DNA of 63,850 nucleotides, the filler included, from Octopus bimaculoides (lineage: Eukaryota): assembly GCF_001194135.2 (NCBI RefSeq). It is 9 parts of 8 records of this genome, joined end to end, with 100 filler letters (N's around TTAATTAATTAA, not from the genome) between each part and the next. Parts side by side here need not be neighbours in the genome. Positions count along the whole stretch, not along the records: positions 1 to 18,851 come from NC_068983.1; 8 more parts are not named here. The stretch is one strand, 5' to 3'. Shown in pieces: positions 1 through 12,616 of this stretch. The position numbers and the translations under genes are program-made. The notes under the pieces were generated by a model. That model worked only from the letters and a program-made list of their open reading frames with translations. It was not told the DNA's origin and did no database searches. Position 1 is the stretch's first letter, and the number at the start of each line of letters is the position of its first letter.

Positions 1-66
<66 letters not shown>

Positions 67-1221
67 TGTGTGTGTTTACACATGCATTTCTACAAGATAC
101 AGTAAAAATAATGATCATTACATATTATTTTATTGTAGTAAAGTAGACTTACAGCTGTTTCTGATCCACGTTGATTTGTTCATTGATCAGTTTACTCAAT
201 CTGTCCAGTTTGAGAAAAACTGAATGACCTCAAAGAACTAAGGATATCCTCATCAGAGTCAAGAGTATTCTGATGAAAAATAAAACAGAACAATGATAAA
301 TGAACGATACAAGCAAGGGAAAGGGAGCAAAAGTGGTAACAAGTATAAGGTGTGTGTGTATGTATGTATGTATGTATGTCTATATAAATAATATATAAAT
401 ATATTCATATATCCATACATATATGTACATACTTACATCTATATGTATACATACATGCATATATGGGTACAGGACATCCTCGTTTCCGTGTTTGGTTTTT
501 TTCGTTGTTCGAAAAAAGTTCGTTTTCTGTCTTCGTCTTTGTTTTCGTTTCTCATTGTGTTTAACGTTTTTTGTGATGTCCTGTATCCAGATATGCATAT
601 ATGTATACATATAGATGTAGATATGTACATATATGTATGGATATATGCATATATTTATATATTATTTATGTTATCATATGNNNNNNNNNNNNNNNNNNNN
701 NNNNNNNNNNNNNNNNNNNNNNNNNNNNNNNNNNNNNNNNNNNNNNNNNNNNNNNNNNNNNNNNNNNNNNNNNNNNNNNNNNNNNNNNNNNNNNNNNNNN
801 NNNNNNNNNNNNNNNNNNNNNNNNNNNNNNNNNNNNNNNNNNNNNNNNNNNNNNNNNNNNNNNNNNNNNNNNNNNNNNNNNNNNNNNNNNNNNNNNNNNN
901 NNNNNNNNNNNNNNNNNNNNNNNNNNNNNNNNNNNNNNNNNNNNNNNNNNNNNNNNNNNNNNNNNNNNNNNNNNNNNNNNNNNNNNNNNNNNNNNNNNNN
1001 NNNNNNNNNNNNNNNNNNNNNNNNNNNNNNNNNNNNNNNNNNNNNNNNNNNNNNNNNNNNNNNNNNNNNNNNNNNNNNNNNNNNNNNNNNNNNNNNNNNN
1101 NNNNNNNNNNNNNNNNNNNNNNNNNNNNNNNNNNNNNNNNNNNNNNNNNNNNNNNNNNNNNNNNNNNNNNNNNNNNNNNNNNNNNNNNNNNNNNNNNNNN
1201 CGTAGTATTTTAATTATATTT

Positions 1222-2411
1222 TAGGTAAATTTACCACATACTTAATAATTGATGCATGCTCTTTGATAACTTTCTAATTATTTCTGACAGAAAACATTCG
1301 TGAAGCAAAGGCGCCCTTAATCATGAACATGACAAAAAAAGGACCTTCACTTACTTTTCTTGCACGAATTCAAGTTTGGACACAATGCCTTCCAAACAGA
1401 TACCAATATCAAAGAGCATTGGGATAGGGGTTCACAAGTGATCGCACAGTACGAAGGTGGTTTCAGAAATTCTGTAGTGGTGATGAGAGCCTTGAAGATG
1501 AGGAGAGTAGAGGACGGTCGTGCAGACTTGACAATGAACAACTGAAAGCAATTGTTGTACGTCAAAGTGTCAGAGAAATGTCTCAGGCACTTGGTTGTCG
1601 GTTTTGCAATGGTCTCATGCAATCTGCAGAAGATTGGTAAGGTGTAAAAGCTCGATAAATGGGTACCGCATGAGCTCAATGAAAATTAAAATGTTCGACA
1701 TTTTGAAGTGTGCTCGATGCTCTTCCTGCGAAACATCAATGATCTTTTCTTGAACGAATGTTTACTTGTGACGAAAAGTGGATCCTTTATGATAACTGTA
1801 AATGATCAGGTCAATGGCTTCATCGTGATGAGTCCTCCAAACATTTCCCAAAGCCATAGTTGCATTAATTAAAGATTATGGTGTCTGTCTGGTGGTCTGC
1901 AATTGGTGTTGTCGATCACAGCTTTCTGGAAGCCAATCAGAGCATTACAGCGGAGATTTACTGCAGTTAACTCACTGAAATGCATGCTCACTTGCTAAAA
2001 GTGAGACCTGCATTGGTGAAATGGTGTAGCCCAATTCTGCTCCATGGTAATACAAAGCCACATGTTGCAAGATTGACACTGCAGAAACTCACAGACTTGG
2101 GATACTAGACTTTACCACATCTTCCATATTCTCCTGATCGTTCACCCGCTGACTACCATTTTTTAAAGCATTTAAACACGCTTTTAAGTAAAACTTTGTT
2201 CCAAACCAGAGGTGGAATAAGCTTTCAAAGAATTCTAAGATTCAAAGCCAATAAGTTTTTAATCAACGAGGCATAAATAATCTCGTTATCGATGGCAGAG
2301 ATGCATAGATGTTCACGGCTTATACTTTAACTAATCAAAACATTTCTATTGTTAATTTTTTCAGAATAAAATTTTGTTTCTGAAATCGGCCATTATTTTC
2401 AGAACAACCTA
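1222..2411 (+). mobile_element. Degenerate mariner (Tc1/mariner, SETMAR-like) transposon with a frameshifted transposase
   Basis: Pieces across frames read RTVRRWFQKFCSGDESLEDEESRGR, CDEKWILYDN, LLHGNTKPHVA and HLPYSPDRSPADYHF. These match the mariner DD34D motifs (DEKW, HDNARPH, YSPDLAP). The 3' end ...ggccattattttcagaacaaccTA ends at 2411. No 5' TIR is recognisable; it abuts an N gap. Confidence 0.9.
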
Positions 2412-3325
2412 TCACAATCCAAAGAAAAACAATAGTAAAAAAAACTTATGATCGTTTCGAGAATTGCGTTTGTGTTTGGCAAGTTTTCCAGCCGATACAA
2501 ATAGTTATATTTCTCTAATCAGAGATACAAAAAAAATCGATTAAAATTGTCTAAAAATTTGAGAAAGCTTAAAATATTTCCTACTTATTGTACGCGAGGT
2601 CATACCAAGTAATGTTATATATATATTTTTAATGTTATAGTACGTTTTAAAAAATTCACAAGGATATAGAAAAGGCTTTGTGAAGTGAAAAAACAAGGAT
2701 ATAGAAAAAGGTTTTGTGAAGTGAAAAAAACGTTGTGAAGTAAAACATTTGTGCGAATGAAAATAGAAAATATTTGCAAAAATAAAATGAGGACTCAGAT
2801 TTGGTTAACCATTTTAAAAGAGGACAGTTGGATTGCTGATAAGTAAAAAACTTAAAATAAGGTGAATCCATATATGCAGAATGTCAGTGGGAACAGTCTA
2901 AAAATTCACGTGATATTTGTAATCATTAATTTACAATGATTGCTAACTTACAACTTATATATAGAAGGTTAATAGGTTAAAATGCGACGCTAATCCCGTG
3001 AATCACTTGGAACCAAAGTATAAAGAATTTTACACTTAAACTTTAAATTGATCAAATCTAACCAAAGTGCACTAAAAAAAAAATTATTATTTTACTAAGG
3101 CAAGTCGGTGTTCATAAGATCAGATTCTATCCTAAGAGCCGTTACATGTCTCGGAGTATGGAAGTTTGACCCAGTTTTGTAGAGACCTAAACTACCAACA
3201 CTCAGTAAAATCGTGCTATAGCTGCAGTATTATATATTTTGTGTCGCATATTTATAAAATTCTCGAAAATACTTTTTCTTGAAAATGTTAATTTTTCGAA
3301 AATTTACAATATTTTCTTTCAATCT

Positions 3326-4317
3326 CTAAGGTGTTTCACCTGTTTTCCTATATTTAACCTTTGAAGATATGCTGCTCTTTATCTTTGCCTCAATTGGATA
3401 CGTGGATATATCCTCGTGTGGAGGATGTTTTTGTTGGAACAATTCCCATATCCTGCGTGGTGTAATATTAGGATCTTCCCGAAATATTTCCAGCACTGTT
3501 GACTTGAATGACTCATGTATTCCAGGGCGAGCATTATACAATGTTGATTGTCTCTTTTATTTTCTTTGTCATCAAAGATGAAATAACAGTTCGAATTTTT
3601 GTTTCCAAACGCTCAGGATGTTTACGTTTAAGTTCCACCAAAATTTTACCTGGACCTCGTTTCATTGCTTCGTTTTTATTACCCAAATTAAACATATCAA
3701 TAATTTCTTGTTTTAATCGATCCACTTTCCACTTGCCATATGTTTATACTTTCGTCTTAATGAAGCTACTTTCTTCGTACCAATACCAAAACGATCTTTC
3801 AAAACACTTAAAACTAAGGACACCGCTAATGGAGCTGTAACAGCATCAGCTTGTACAACATTTCTCGGCAATGCATCTCGTACTTTAATGATATTTTCTG
3901 CTAATTTGCCATCATCGATGACACCTTCTCCTTCGTTTTTAACAACCTCTTTCATAAGGCCTTCGGAATCATACGGACTAACGATACAGCATACATTTTT
4001 CATTATGGTACTGGTTAGTGTCACTAGTCGCTCTTTAGCTGCTCCGTCGAAGTAATGATGATAGTGATTTTAAACCAAATGCTTCATACAATGCCCCCAC
4101 TGTTGAAACAATTCGTGATGGATCGCCAACTTCTGGTTCAGAATCCTCTTGTTCCGTTTCCTTGTATTCATATTTGTTTTTCGTGTGCCGACACCTCCGA
4201 TAAGTCTTTGTGGTACATGTGTTTACATTTTCGTTGCGTTTATTACCTTCACGACATGTACATCTACATCTGTAACATACATCTACCTTTTTTGTAAGTA
4301 CATGAAAATTCTGACAT
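3326..4317 (-). pseudogene. Intronless, frameshifted coding remnant of unknown family, possibly an internally deleted DNA-transposon ORF
   Basis: Consecutive overlapping minus-strand ORFs (3713-4024, 3534-3725, 3326-3541) have protein-like composition. An upstream Cys-rich piece (VCYRCRCTCREG) is joined by frameshifts. Confidence 0.45.
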
Positions 4318-5074
4318 AACTGCCGATTGGGTGAAGCAAAATCAAAATCTGGCCTACCTGTGTGTTTTTTTTATACATTAATTTTAGCCAATCATATTGC
4401 CCCGTTTATTATTCAACTTGCGACAATTCAGTATTTCAAAGTTCTACAAAGACTCAATACTCTGACCCGCGAAGCGACTCGGCTAAACACTTATGCCTAC
4501 ATACAATTAAAACGTCTGAGATTTTATTAATTAAAACTGTCTTGTGAGTGGATTTCGTAGACAAAGTGAAAGAAGCCTGTCGTGTGTGGGTGTGGGTGTG
4601 GGTATGCTTCTCTTCCACGACCACTCGACAACCAGTGTTGGTGTGTTTACATCCCCTCAACTTAACAGTTCACCAAAAACCAACAGAACAAGTAACAGGC
4701 TTTAAAAACAAATAGTAGTGTGGTCAATTCATTCATCAAAAATTCCTCAAGGCAGTGCCCCAGCATGACCTCAGTCTACTGACTGAAATAATTAAAAGAT
4801 AACAGCTAAAAGATAATCCATAATGTAGAATGTGCCATTTGTGAGGTAATTGCCTTGAAAACAGACACAAAGATCTGATGTATTATAAACAGTAAACTTT
4901 TTAGCTGTTAATCTGACACCCAGATGACATAATCTGCTGCAATTCCATTAGAATGAGGCAACAGATTAACACAATATTATAGAATTTGAGATTCTTTTAT
5001 CCTTTACTTGTTTCAGTCATTAGACTGCGGCCATACTGGAGCACCGCCTTGAAGAATTTTAAGAAAAATAATAA

Positions 5075-5285
5075 TTTTTTATGCTTTAGGCAAAAGGCCC
5101 AAAATTTTGGGGGAGGGAGGCAGTTGATTAGATCGACTTCAGTATGCAACTGGTACTTAATTTGACCAAGAAATGATGAAAGGCAAAATCGACCTCAGTG
5201 AAATTTGAACTCAGAACATAGAGACAGACGAAATACCGCTAAGCATTTCGACCAGCATGCTAACGATTCTGCCAACTCGCCACCT
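5075..5285 (-). mobile_element. SINE family B (tRNA-derived); a second copy lies at ~5480-5650
   Basis: Contains the family motif gaaaggcaaa(a/g)tcgacctc..gaatttgaactcagaac (B-box-like gttcaaattc on the minus strand), which is repeated throughout the window. Confidence 0.8.
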
Positions 5286-5323
5286 TAATAATAATAATGA
5301 TAAGAATAATAATAATAATAATA

Positions 5324-5453
5324 AACAGCACTGCTTAGAACCACTTGAATACTCCGGATGGTTCTCGAAAAATAAGGGATGTTACATTAGTTCACTGGTA
5401 ATGAACAGCTGGCACAGTAGTACATATCCAACATTAGAAGCTGTGCAAAGACA
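5324..5453 (+). mobile_element. Dong/R4-clade LINE 3' end flanked by (TAA)n
   Basis: Reads TALLRTT*ILR.VL, then a 3' UTR ending agaagctgtgcaaaga. It is homologous to 40570-40720 and 32650-32697, and has (TAA)n tracts on both sides. Confidence 0.75.
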
Positions 5454-6420
5454 ATAATAATGATAATAATAATAATCCTTTCTACTATAGGTTCAAGGCC
5501 TGAAATTTGGGGGAGGGGACTAGTCAATTACATTGATCCCCAGTATGCAACCGGTACTTAATTTATCGACCCCAAAACAAGGAAAGGCAAAGTTGACTTC
5601 AGTGGAATTTGAACTTACAAAGTAAAGACAGATGAAATACTGCAAAGTCACAGCCTTAATAATAATAATGATGATAATAATAATAATAATAAAAAAAAAG
5701 AAACATCTTATTTTTTTTAACAAAGAACTTAACAGAATATTTTAGTCACAGATCTTCCACTTTGTTCTTTAATAATTTTCCTGCACCAAATATTTTCTGA
5801 ACTCAATAGAATCTGTCCGATAACAAAACTATAATGACACGTCAAGTGGCGGAGAGCCACGTAATGTAATTTAAACTGCTCAGAAATAAGGAACTTCATT
5901 TATTTGGCAATCAAGTCATATCAAAGCATGGAGTTCTTTAAGCCAGCCGACAGTCATTTTCTTGAACTCTGGAGAGTCGCCAGCTTTGTGAGTAGAAACT
6001 AATCAAGCAGTCAGAAGATTTGGACCTGAGATGATTAGATTATTGGTGAAAGGTTAATTAATAAACAAGGGGAAAACACTTCAGATGGGAAAGCAAGGAA
6101 CTCTTCTTCTACCACCCACTTGTGGCATCTACCAAACTCCTACCATTCTGCTTCTTCAGTTTTCTGTGTTAGTAATGCAAAGACCAGTAACGTATTGTTG
6201 TTTTGATAATTTATGGTTGAGGCCTAATGAGATTGTGATCTAAGAAAAGTGACCTTTGGCATATTATAAAGTAAATATTATACATCGATGGCCTTCAACA
6301 GGGGTTCTCAACCAGGGTCCACGTGACCTTTCGGGTTCCATATAAGATTTCGTTGTTAAAGTTTTAGTGCCATAAATTGGTTATATTTCTACAAAGTAAA
6401 AAAAAATATTTTACTCTTTT

Positions 6421-6912
6421 AATTGTTTCAGTCATTTGACTGTGGCCATACTGGAGAACCGCCTTTAGTCGAGCAAATCGACCCCGGGACTTATTCTTTG
6501 TAAGCCTAGTACTTATTCTATCGGGCTTTTTTGTCGAACCGCTAAGTTACAGGGACGTAAACACACCAGCATCGGCTGTCAAGCAATACTAGTGTGACAA
6601 ACACAGATACACAAACATACACACACACACACACACANNNNNNNNNNNNNNNNNNNNNNNNNNNNNNNNNNNNNNNNNNNNNNNNNNNNNNNNNNNNNNN
6701 NNNNNNNNNATATATATATATATATATATATATACATACATACATATATACGACGGGCTTCTTTCAGTTTCCGTCTACCAAATCTATTCACAAGGCTTTG
6801 GTCAACCGAGACTATAGTAGAAGACACTTGCCCAAGATGCCACGCAGTGGGACTGAACCCGGAACCATGTGGTTGGTAAGCAAGCTACCTACCACACAGC
6901 CACTCCTACGCC
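6421..6912 (-). mobile_element. SINE family A (tRNA head, internal microsatellite), full length
   Basis: Head ggagtggctgtgtggtag...ggttccgggttcagtcccactgcgtggca contains A/B-box-like motifs. There is an internal (CA)/(TA) tract and the tail gactgaaaca. Confidence 0.85.
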
Positions 6913-7149
6913 TAATAATATTTTAATACCGTTTACTGATTCCTTCATTTTTACTTTGAAACGGCCCAGGGTGAAGGATCCTGATGAAACTGCACTGACC
7001 TTGATGGTAGCTTGCATATCCTACTGTGCACAGTCGCTGCAGTTGATACGAAAATATGCTATAAATATCTACTAAATAAAATTATGGATGTGAAAAATCT
7101 CCATTGTCTTTGTCGTTAATAATAATGTTTAATTATAAAAGTATTCTTT

Positions 7150-7337
7150 TATTTGTTGTAGTCATTTGATTACGGCCATGCTGGAGCACCACCTTTAGTC
7201 AAACAAGTCGACCCCGGGACTTATTCATCGTAAGCCTAGTACTTATGCAATCGATCCCTTTTGCTGGACACCTAAGTTACAAGGACATAAACACACCGAC
7301 ATCGGTTGTCAAGTGATGGTGAGGTAGGACAAACACA

Positions 7338-7372
<35 letters not shown>

Positions 7373-7382
7373 NNNNNNNNNN

Positions 7383-7420
<38 letters not shown>

Positions 7421-7581
7421 ATGAGCTACTTTCACTTCCAGTCTACCATATCCACTCACAAGGCTTTGGTCAGCCCAAGACTCTACTAGAAGACACTTGC
7501 CCAAGGTGTCAAGCAGTGGGACTGAAACTGGAACCATGTGGTTGGTAAGCAAGCTACTTACCACACAGCCACTCCTGCACC
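7150..7581 (-). mobile_element. SINE family A, full length
   Basis: Same head, body and tail as 6421-6912, with an internal (CA)n. Confidence 0.85.
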
Positions 7582-7846
7582 TAAAGAGATTTTTTTTTTA
7601 AACGTCAAATGGTTAAGGTGGCCCGGCAGAGTATGACAGGAATCTAAAGAGGCCATAGATAAAAATAACGGTTAAACGCTCTGGTCTACGAATTAAAACT
7701 TATATGCATCATCTGGAAAACAAATATAAGTATTAAATTTGGGAAATGGCATCCCAAAAATAATAAAATCTGGAAGAGTGTAAATTAATCATATCAGTAA
7801 AATATGGAGGAATAATCTGAGACAACTTAGAATCATAAAACGTAGT

Positions 7847-8101
7847 TTAACCCATTCATGCTTATCGTCTGTTTAAACTGATTCTAAATTTATTAGGGTA
7901 TAAAACAAACACTTGATACAAATTGTGATTTGTGTATGATCGGCATCAAAGAATGAAACATGCTCTTAACATGTATGCAGTCTGTATCAAACGGATTTCA
8001 ATGAATTTTTTTTTTCAATTGTTATTTAGGTCAAAATAATAGTATCTGTGAATTTTCAGGCAATTTCATTCACTAGAAAAATTTTGGCACGAATGGGTTA
8101 A
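7847..8101. mobile_element. piggyBac-type MITE
   Basis: TTAA|CCCATTC ... GAATGGG|TTAA: a TTAA target duplication and CCC/GGG-terminated inverted ends. Confidence 0.75.
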
Positions 8102-8289
8102 ACCTTAAAAAGAAAATCAATAATGAATTACTTGTTGTCTCGCTTATCAGAGACAAGCATAATTTTCACTTCGTGGCTCTATGAGATTTTCAAAGTAATA
8201 TAAAAGCAACCAGCTAAAAAAATGGTATGAGGTGACCTGTGCAGGTGCTAATATTATGTACAAAATATTCAAATCTACAAAAAAAAATA

Positions 8290-8805
8290 TAGGCATGGTT
8301 CTGGGTTCAGTCGCACTGCATAGCACCCTGAGCGAGTGTCTTCTGCTATAGTCCTCAGGATGACCAAAGCCTTACAAGTGAATTTGACAGACAGAAACCG
8401 AAAATCATCTTCTTGAATATATACAGGAGTGGCTGTGTAGTAAGTAGCCTGCTTACCAACCACATAGTTCCGTGTTCAGTCCCACTGCATTGAACATTGG
8501 GCCAGTCTTCTACTATAGCCTCAGTCCAGCCAAAGCCTTGTGAGTGGATTTAGTAGATGGAAACTGAAAGAAGCCCATTGTAGATACATATATGTATGCA
8601 TTTGTGTGTCTCTGTTTGTCCCCCTACTTGATAACCGATGCTGGTGTGTTTATGCCCCGTAACTTAGTGATTCAACAAAAGGGACTGATAGAATAAGTAC
8701 TAGGCGTACAAAGAATGAGTCTTGGGGCGATTTGTTCAACTAAAGGTGGTGTTCCAGCATGACCGCAGTCAAATGACTGAAACAAGTCAAATGACTGAAG
8801 CAAGA
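8290..8805 (+). mobile_element. SINE family A: head fragment (8290-8410) followed by a full copy (8424-8805)
   Basis: Family head and tail motifs. The tail segment gtcaaatgactgaa is locally duplicated. Confidence 0.8.
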
Positions 8806-9822
8806 GTATATATATATGTATATATATATANNNNNNNNNNNNNNNNNNNNNNNNNNNNNNNNNNNNNNNNNNNNNNNNNNNNNNNNNNNNNNNNNNNNNN
8901 NNNNNNNNNNNNNNNNNNNNNNNNNNNNNNNNNNNNNNNNNNNNNNNNNNNNNNNNNNNNNNNNNNNNNNNNNNNNNNNNNNNNNNNNNNNNNNNNNNNN
9001 NNNNNNNNNNNNNNNNNNNNNNNNNNNNNNNNNNNNNNNNNNNNNNNNNNNNNNNNNNNNNNNNNNNNNNNNNNNNNNNNNNNNNNNNNNNNNNNNNNNN
9101 NNNNNNNNNNNNNNNNNNNNNNNNNNNNNNNNNNNNNNNNNNNNNNNNNNNNNNNNNNNNNNNNNNNNNNNNNNNNNNNNNNNNNNNNNNNNNNNNNNNN
9201 NNNNNNNNNNNNNNNNNNNNNNNNNNNNNNNNNNNNNNNNTATATATATATATATTCTTTTATTCTTTTACTTGTTTCAGTCATTTGACTGGTCATGCTG
9301 GAGCACCGCCTTTAGTCGAACAAATCGACCCATGACTTATTCTTTGTAAGCCTAGTACTTATTCTATCAGTCTCTATATATACACTATATATGTTAGCCT
9401 GAAATTTATGAAAGAAAATAGCATCAGGATAACATACTAAATATTCTGACGATCATAGGAAACCCCAGTATAAATTAATAAATTGATGTTTTATTTTCAA
9501 TAAATGGTTCCAAGCCTAGAAGAAAGGAAATATTTTTGACTGCAAATGAAGAAATGATGTTTGCTTTTCTTCACCAACTGAAAGTTTTAGTTTTCTTGAT
9601 ATTTGTTTTCTAGTCAATGCCTTGTCTTTGTAAATTCCTTTCCTGCTTTTATTCCTCCATACCATATATAGGAGTTTTCGATTCTTGCACTGAATGTAGT
9701 TATCATCTGGTTGTGACAATTTGGTAAACAACAGCAATAAAAATGTATGTTGTGAAGACAAAAACAAAACAAAGAATAAATAGTGTCATGATTCTACAGT
9801 AATTTAAAGGAGGAAACTGTTA

Positions 9823-10050
9823 TTAACCCTTTCGTTATTGTATTTATTTTGAGTCACTCTGTGTTTCTTTCATTTACTTTAAATATAACAAAGAATTTAG
9901 TAAAATAACTTAGTTATCATTAAGCTAGTGTTAGGAACATAAATTGTGACTAAGGTTTGGTGGAAGATTTTAATTCAAAACTTATGGAAACAAGACATTT
10001 GTACTACAGAGCCAGAGCTGGTTTAAACAGGTTGGCATCAAAAGGGTTAA
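9823..10050. mobile_element. piggyBac-type MITE, copy 1
   Basis: TTAA|CCCTTT ... AAAGGG|TTAA. The body is nearly identical to 10080-10309. Confidence 0.8.
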
Positions 10051-10079
10051 GGCCCACCGTATTCTCTCTCTCTCCAACT

Positions 10080-10309
10080 TTAACCCTTTTGTTGCCATAT
10101 TTCTATTGAGATGCTCTGTGTTACTTTTAATCAATTTTAAATATAACAAAGAATTTAGTAAAATAACTTAGTTATCATTAAGCTAGTGTTAAGAATAGAA
10201 ATTGTGACTAAGGTTTGGTGGAAGATTTTAATTCAGAACTTATGAAAACATGACATTTGTACTACAGGGCCAGAGCTGGTTTCAGCTAGGTTGGAAATAA
10301 AAGGATTAA
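10080..10309. mobile_element. piggyBac-type MITE, copy 2 (same family, same orientation)
   Basis: TTAA|CCCTTTT ... AAAAGGA|TTAA. Shares aaatataacaaagaatttagtaaaataacttagttatcattaagctagtgtta with copy 1. Confidence 0.8.
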
Positions 10310-10386
10310 AGGATGACATTACTGATGTTTTTGAGTAAAGTGTGGGAGTATATAACAGAAGCCTCCTCTACTCCTGTGAAGTATAT

Positions 10387-10612
10387 TTAACTCTTTGGCT
10401 TTCAAACTGGAGATATTTGGCCTAAATATTCTGCCTGGTTTATTGTCAAACTGGCCAGATCCAGCTTCTCAGACCTACCCTACAATGTCATTCTAAAAAC
10501 ATACAACCACATCATCAAAATCTCGAAGCTTTGAGATTATGCAGGATTAATTCAAAACAATGTGAATAAATAAGGATTATGTTTGAGATAACAATCTGAA
10601 TGCTTAAGGGTT
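10387..10612. mobile_element. Degenerate piggyBac-type MITE (different family)
   Basis: TTAA|CTCTTTGGC ... GCTTAAGGG|TT imperfect inverted termini. Confidence 0.5.
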
Positions 10613-10870
10613 GGTCCATAGACGTGGTTCTGATAGGTACTTGTGTGAGAATGGTGGATCTTCAAGGAAAAAGATAATCTGACATAAAACTTGCTGCCAA
10701 AATAGTATCAGTCATCTTGCAATACCTGTCACTGGAACTCACTATGGTGACCGAGAGGAGGGCAAAATCATTCTACAAGCTTTTGTCCCTTCAATGGTGT
10801 ACATATATCTCCTTACCATTTTTAAATCTGAGATGGCTATTATTTGACAGCATGAGGCAGTCGTCATATA

Positions 10871-11078
10871 TATGAAGGAGTGCTGAAAAGTTCTAGGTTT
10901 TAAGAGTATCACCAAAGGCCTGGCTGGAGGTCCAACCCTCCAAGTTCTCTTACAGGACTTAGAAAAACTGAGGGACCACTGAAATAAGTGTGTGAATCTG
11001 AGAGATGGATATGTTGAATAAGATCTTAACTGTATTTTCTTTTGCCCCAATTCAAGAGATTTTCAGCACCCCCTCGTA
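10871..11078. mobile_element. mariner-derived MITE
   Basis: TIRs TAtgaaggagtgctgaaaagtt / agattttcagcaccccctcgTA with TA flanks. The interior resembles a transposase C-terminus (WNKCVNLRDGYVE*). Confidence 0.8.
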
Positions 11079-11969
11079 CACAATATTTTCAGACAAATTA
11101 AAATTGAAATCTCTGTACTTCAATTACAAAGGTCTCCCATCAGCATAGGCCAAAAGCTACACATAAAATCAGTTGTAACTAGAATTTGTTTAAGTTTGTA
11201 AGTTTAACGATATATCATAAGTAAAATGTGATTAAATAAGACCTACCTGGGAAAAAGAATTTTATAAATCTTTACATCTCTCTTAGAATCATAATTAATC
11301 AATGCCAAAATTTCTATCAAGCATTCTTTAGAAAGTCGGTGAAGAATTAAGCAATGTTATATTAGAGCATCACTTGAACGAGTTATGTAGAGATATTTCT
11401 TCTCCTCTTCAGTAGCAAACCATTTTCTTTAAGTTAACCTTGAACCTCATCTGCATTCTATAGCAAAACAGAGTTCTGCCAACGTTCCAAACAGAAAATT
11501 ACAAAACTAGTTTTTATACATAAGCTTCGGTAATATAGCTTTGTTATCATATAGACCGAATCACGGTCAACAATTCTAGCAAGCTGTCTTCGCAGAATAG
11601 ATTCCAATAATTGGAAAGTTTATATAGAAGAAATCCTACATGATAAATGTGTTGTGGAAATAAAAGAACACAATGAGAGAAGACATATAGATTTATTACT
11701 CACGTATATGTTTCAAAAGACCTACCAATGAGTCGTATCCAAAGTTAATAAGAAATAATTTTTGTCTTGTGAGTTTCCTGCATCTAATATTAGGGTTATT
11801 GCTCATGGGAACTTTCGTTTTACATTTCCATTTTTCAGCTTCTGACTGTCTACCGATGCAGCCCTTATTCGTTTTTACTAGCTGTGTCTTTGATTTCTAT
11901 GACTATTGATTCCAAATGTTAGATGTTCTTGATATTGTCCCACTCCCTACCACACTCTCTGTTTTATAC

Positions 11970-12014
<45 letters not shown>

Positions 12015-12458
12015 CAATGAAATATCTTTGTCATTTATAGATTCTCAAACAATAAAGACATTGAGATATATGTATAGAATACTTCTATTAATTTAAATAG
12101 ACCCATGGGGTTACAGAAGGCATTTTCTATGAAGAGAAAAAAATAGCTTTTGATTCTGTTTGCAACATTTTTGTGGTACATGGTATACGTAACAGTTAAT
12201 AAATAGATTCTTGTTATTAAGAAAATACCCCCTACACGTAGCTGTATTTTAATAATGCATTCTATGGGAAATGTCTTAAATGTGTTAAACATTTAATCCA
12301 TGTTAAGAGAGAAAATTGGAATGTAAAATTAAGAGGGAGATGATATTATTAAATTTGTAGTATCTGCATTCACAGAATGCAACTAATCAAAACATATACA
12401 CGCAAATAAACATACACAAAACGCTGGACCTGCAAATACCTACACTCAAGCATTCGTG

Positions 12459-12491
<33 letters not shown>

Positions 12492-12569
12492 GCTATACAC
12501 ACATGTATACACATTTGTGTGTATGTATATATGTGTGTATATACTTATATGTATATATGTATACATATG

Positions 12570-12616
<47 letters not shown>

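Noticed and set aside
440-680. Similarity between 560-680 and 61985-62079
   Set aside because: A short AT-rich dispersed repeat next to gaps; not evidence of a segmental duplication or circularity.
443-1224. Long ORF-track entries spanning N gaps or microsatellites (also 8722-9349, 12387-13321, 33699-34995, 36127-37214, 55678-56065)
   Set aside because: They consist of X runs and dinucleotide or trinucleotide translations (CVCV, YIYI, THTH, IIII) with no coding signal.
5770-5810. Minus-strand FGAGK resembling HPD's terminal GFGAGNF exon
   Set aside because: No acceptor precedes it, the flanking residues do not match, and a stop follows.
11245-11462. Possible minus-strand exon (AG...GT bounded; EEEKKYLYITRSS...LIEILALINYD)
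   Set aside because: There are in-frame stops in every frame and no recognisable family. At best it is a pseudo-exon.
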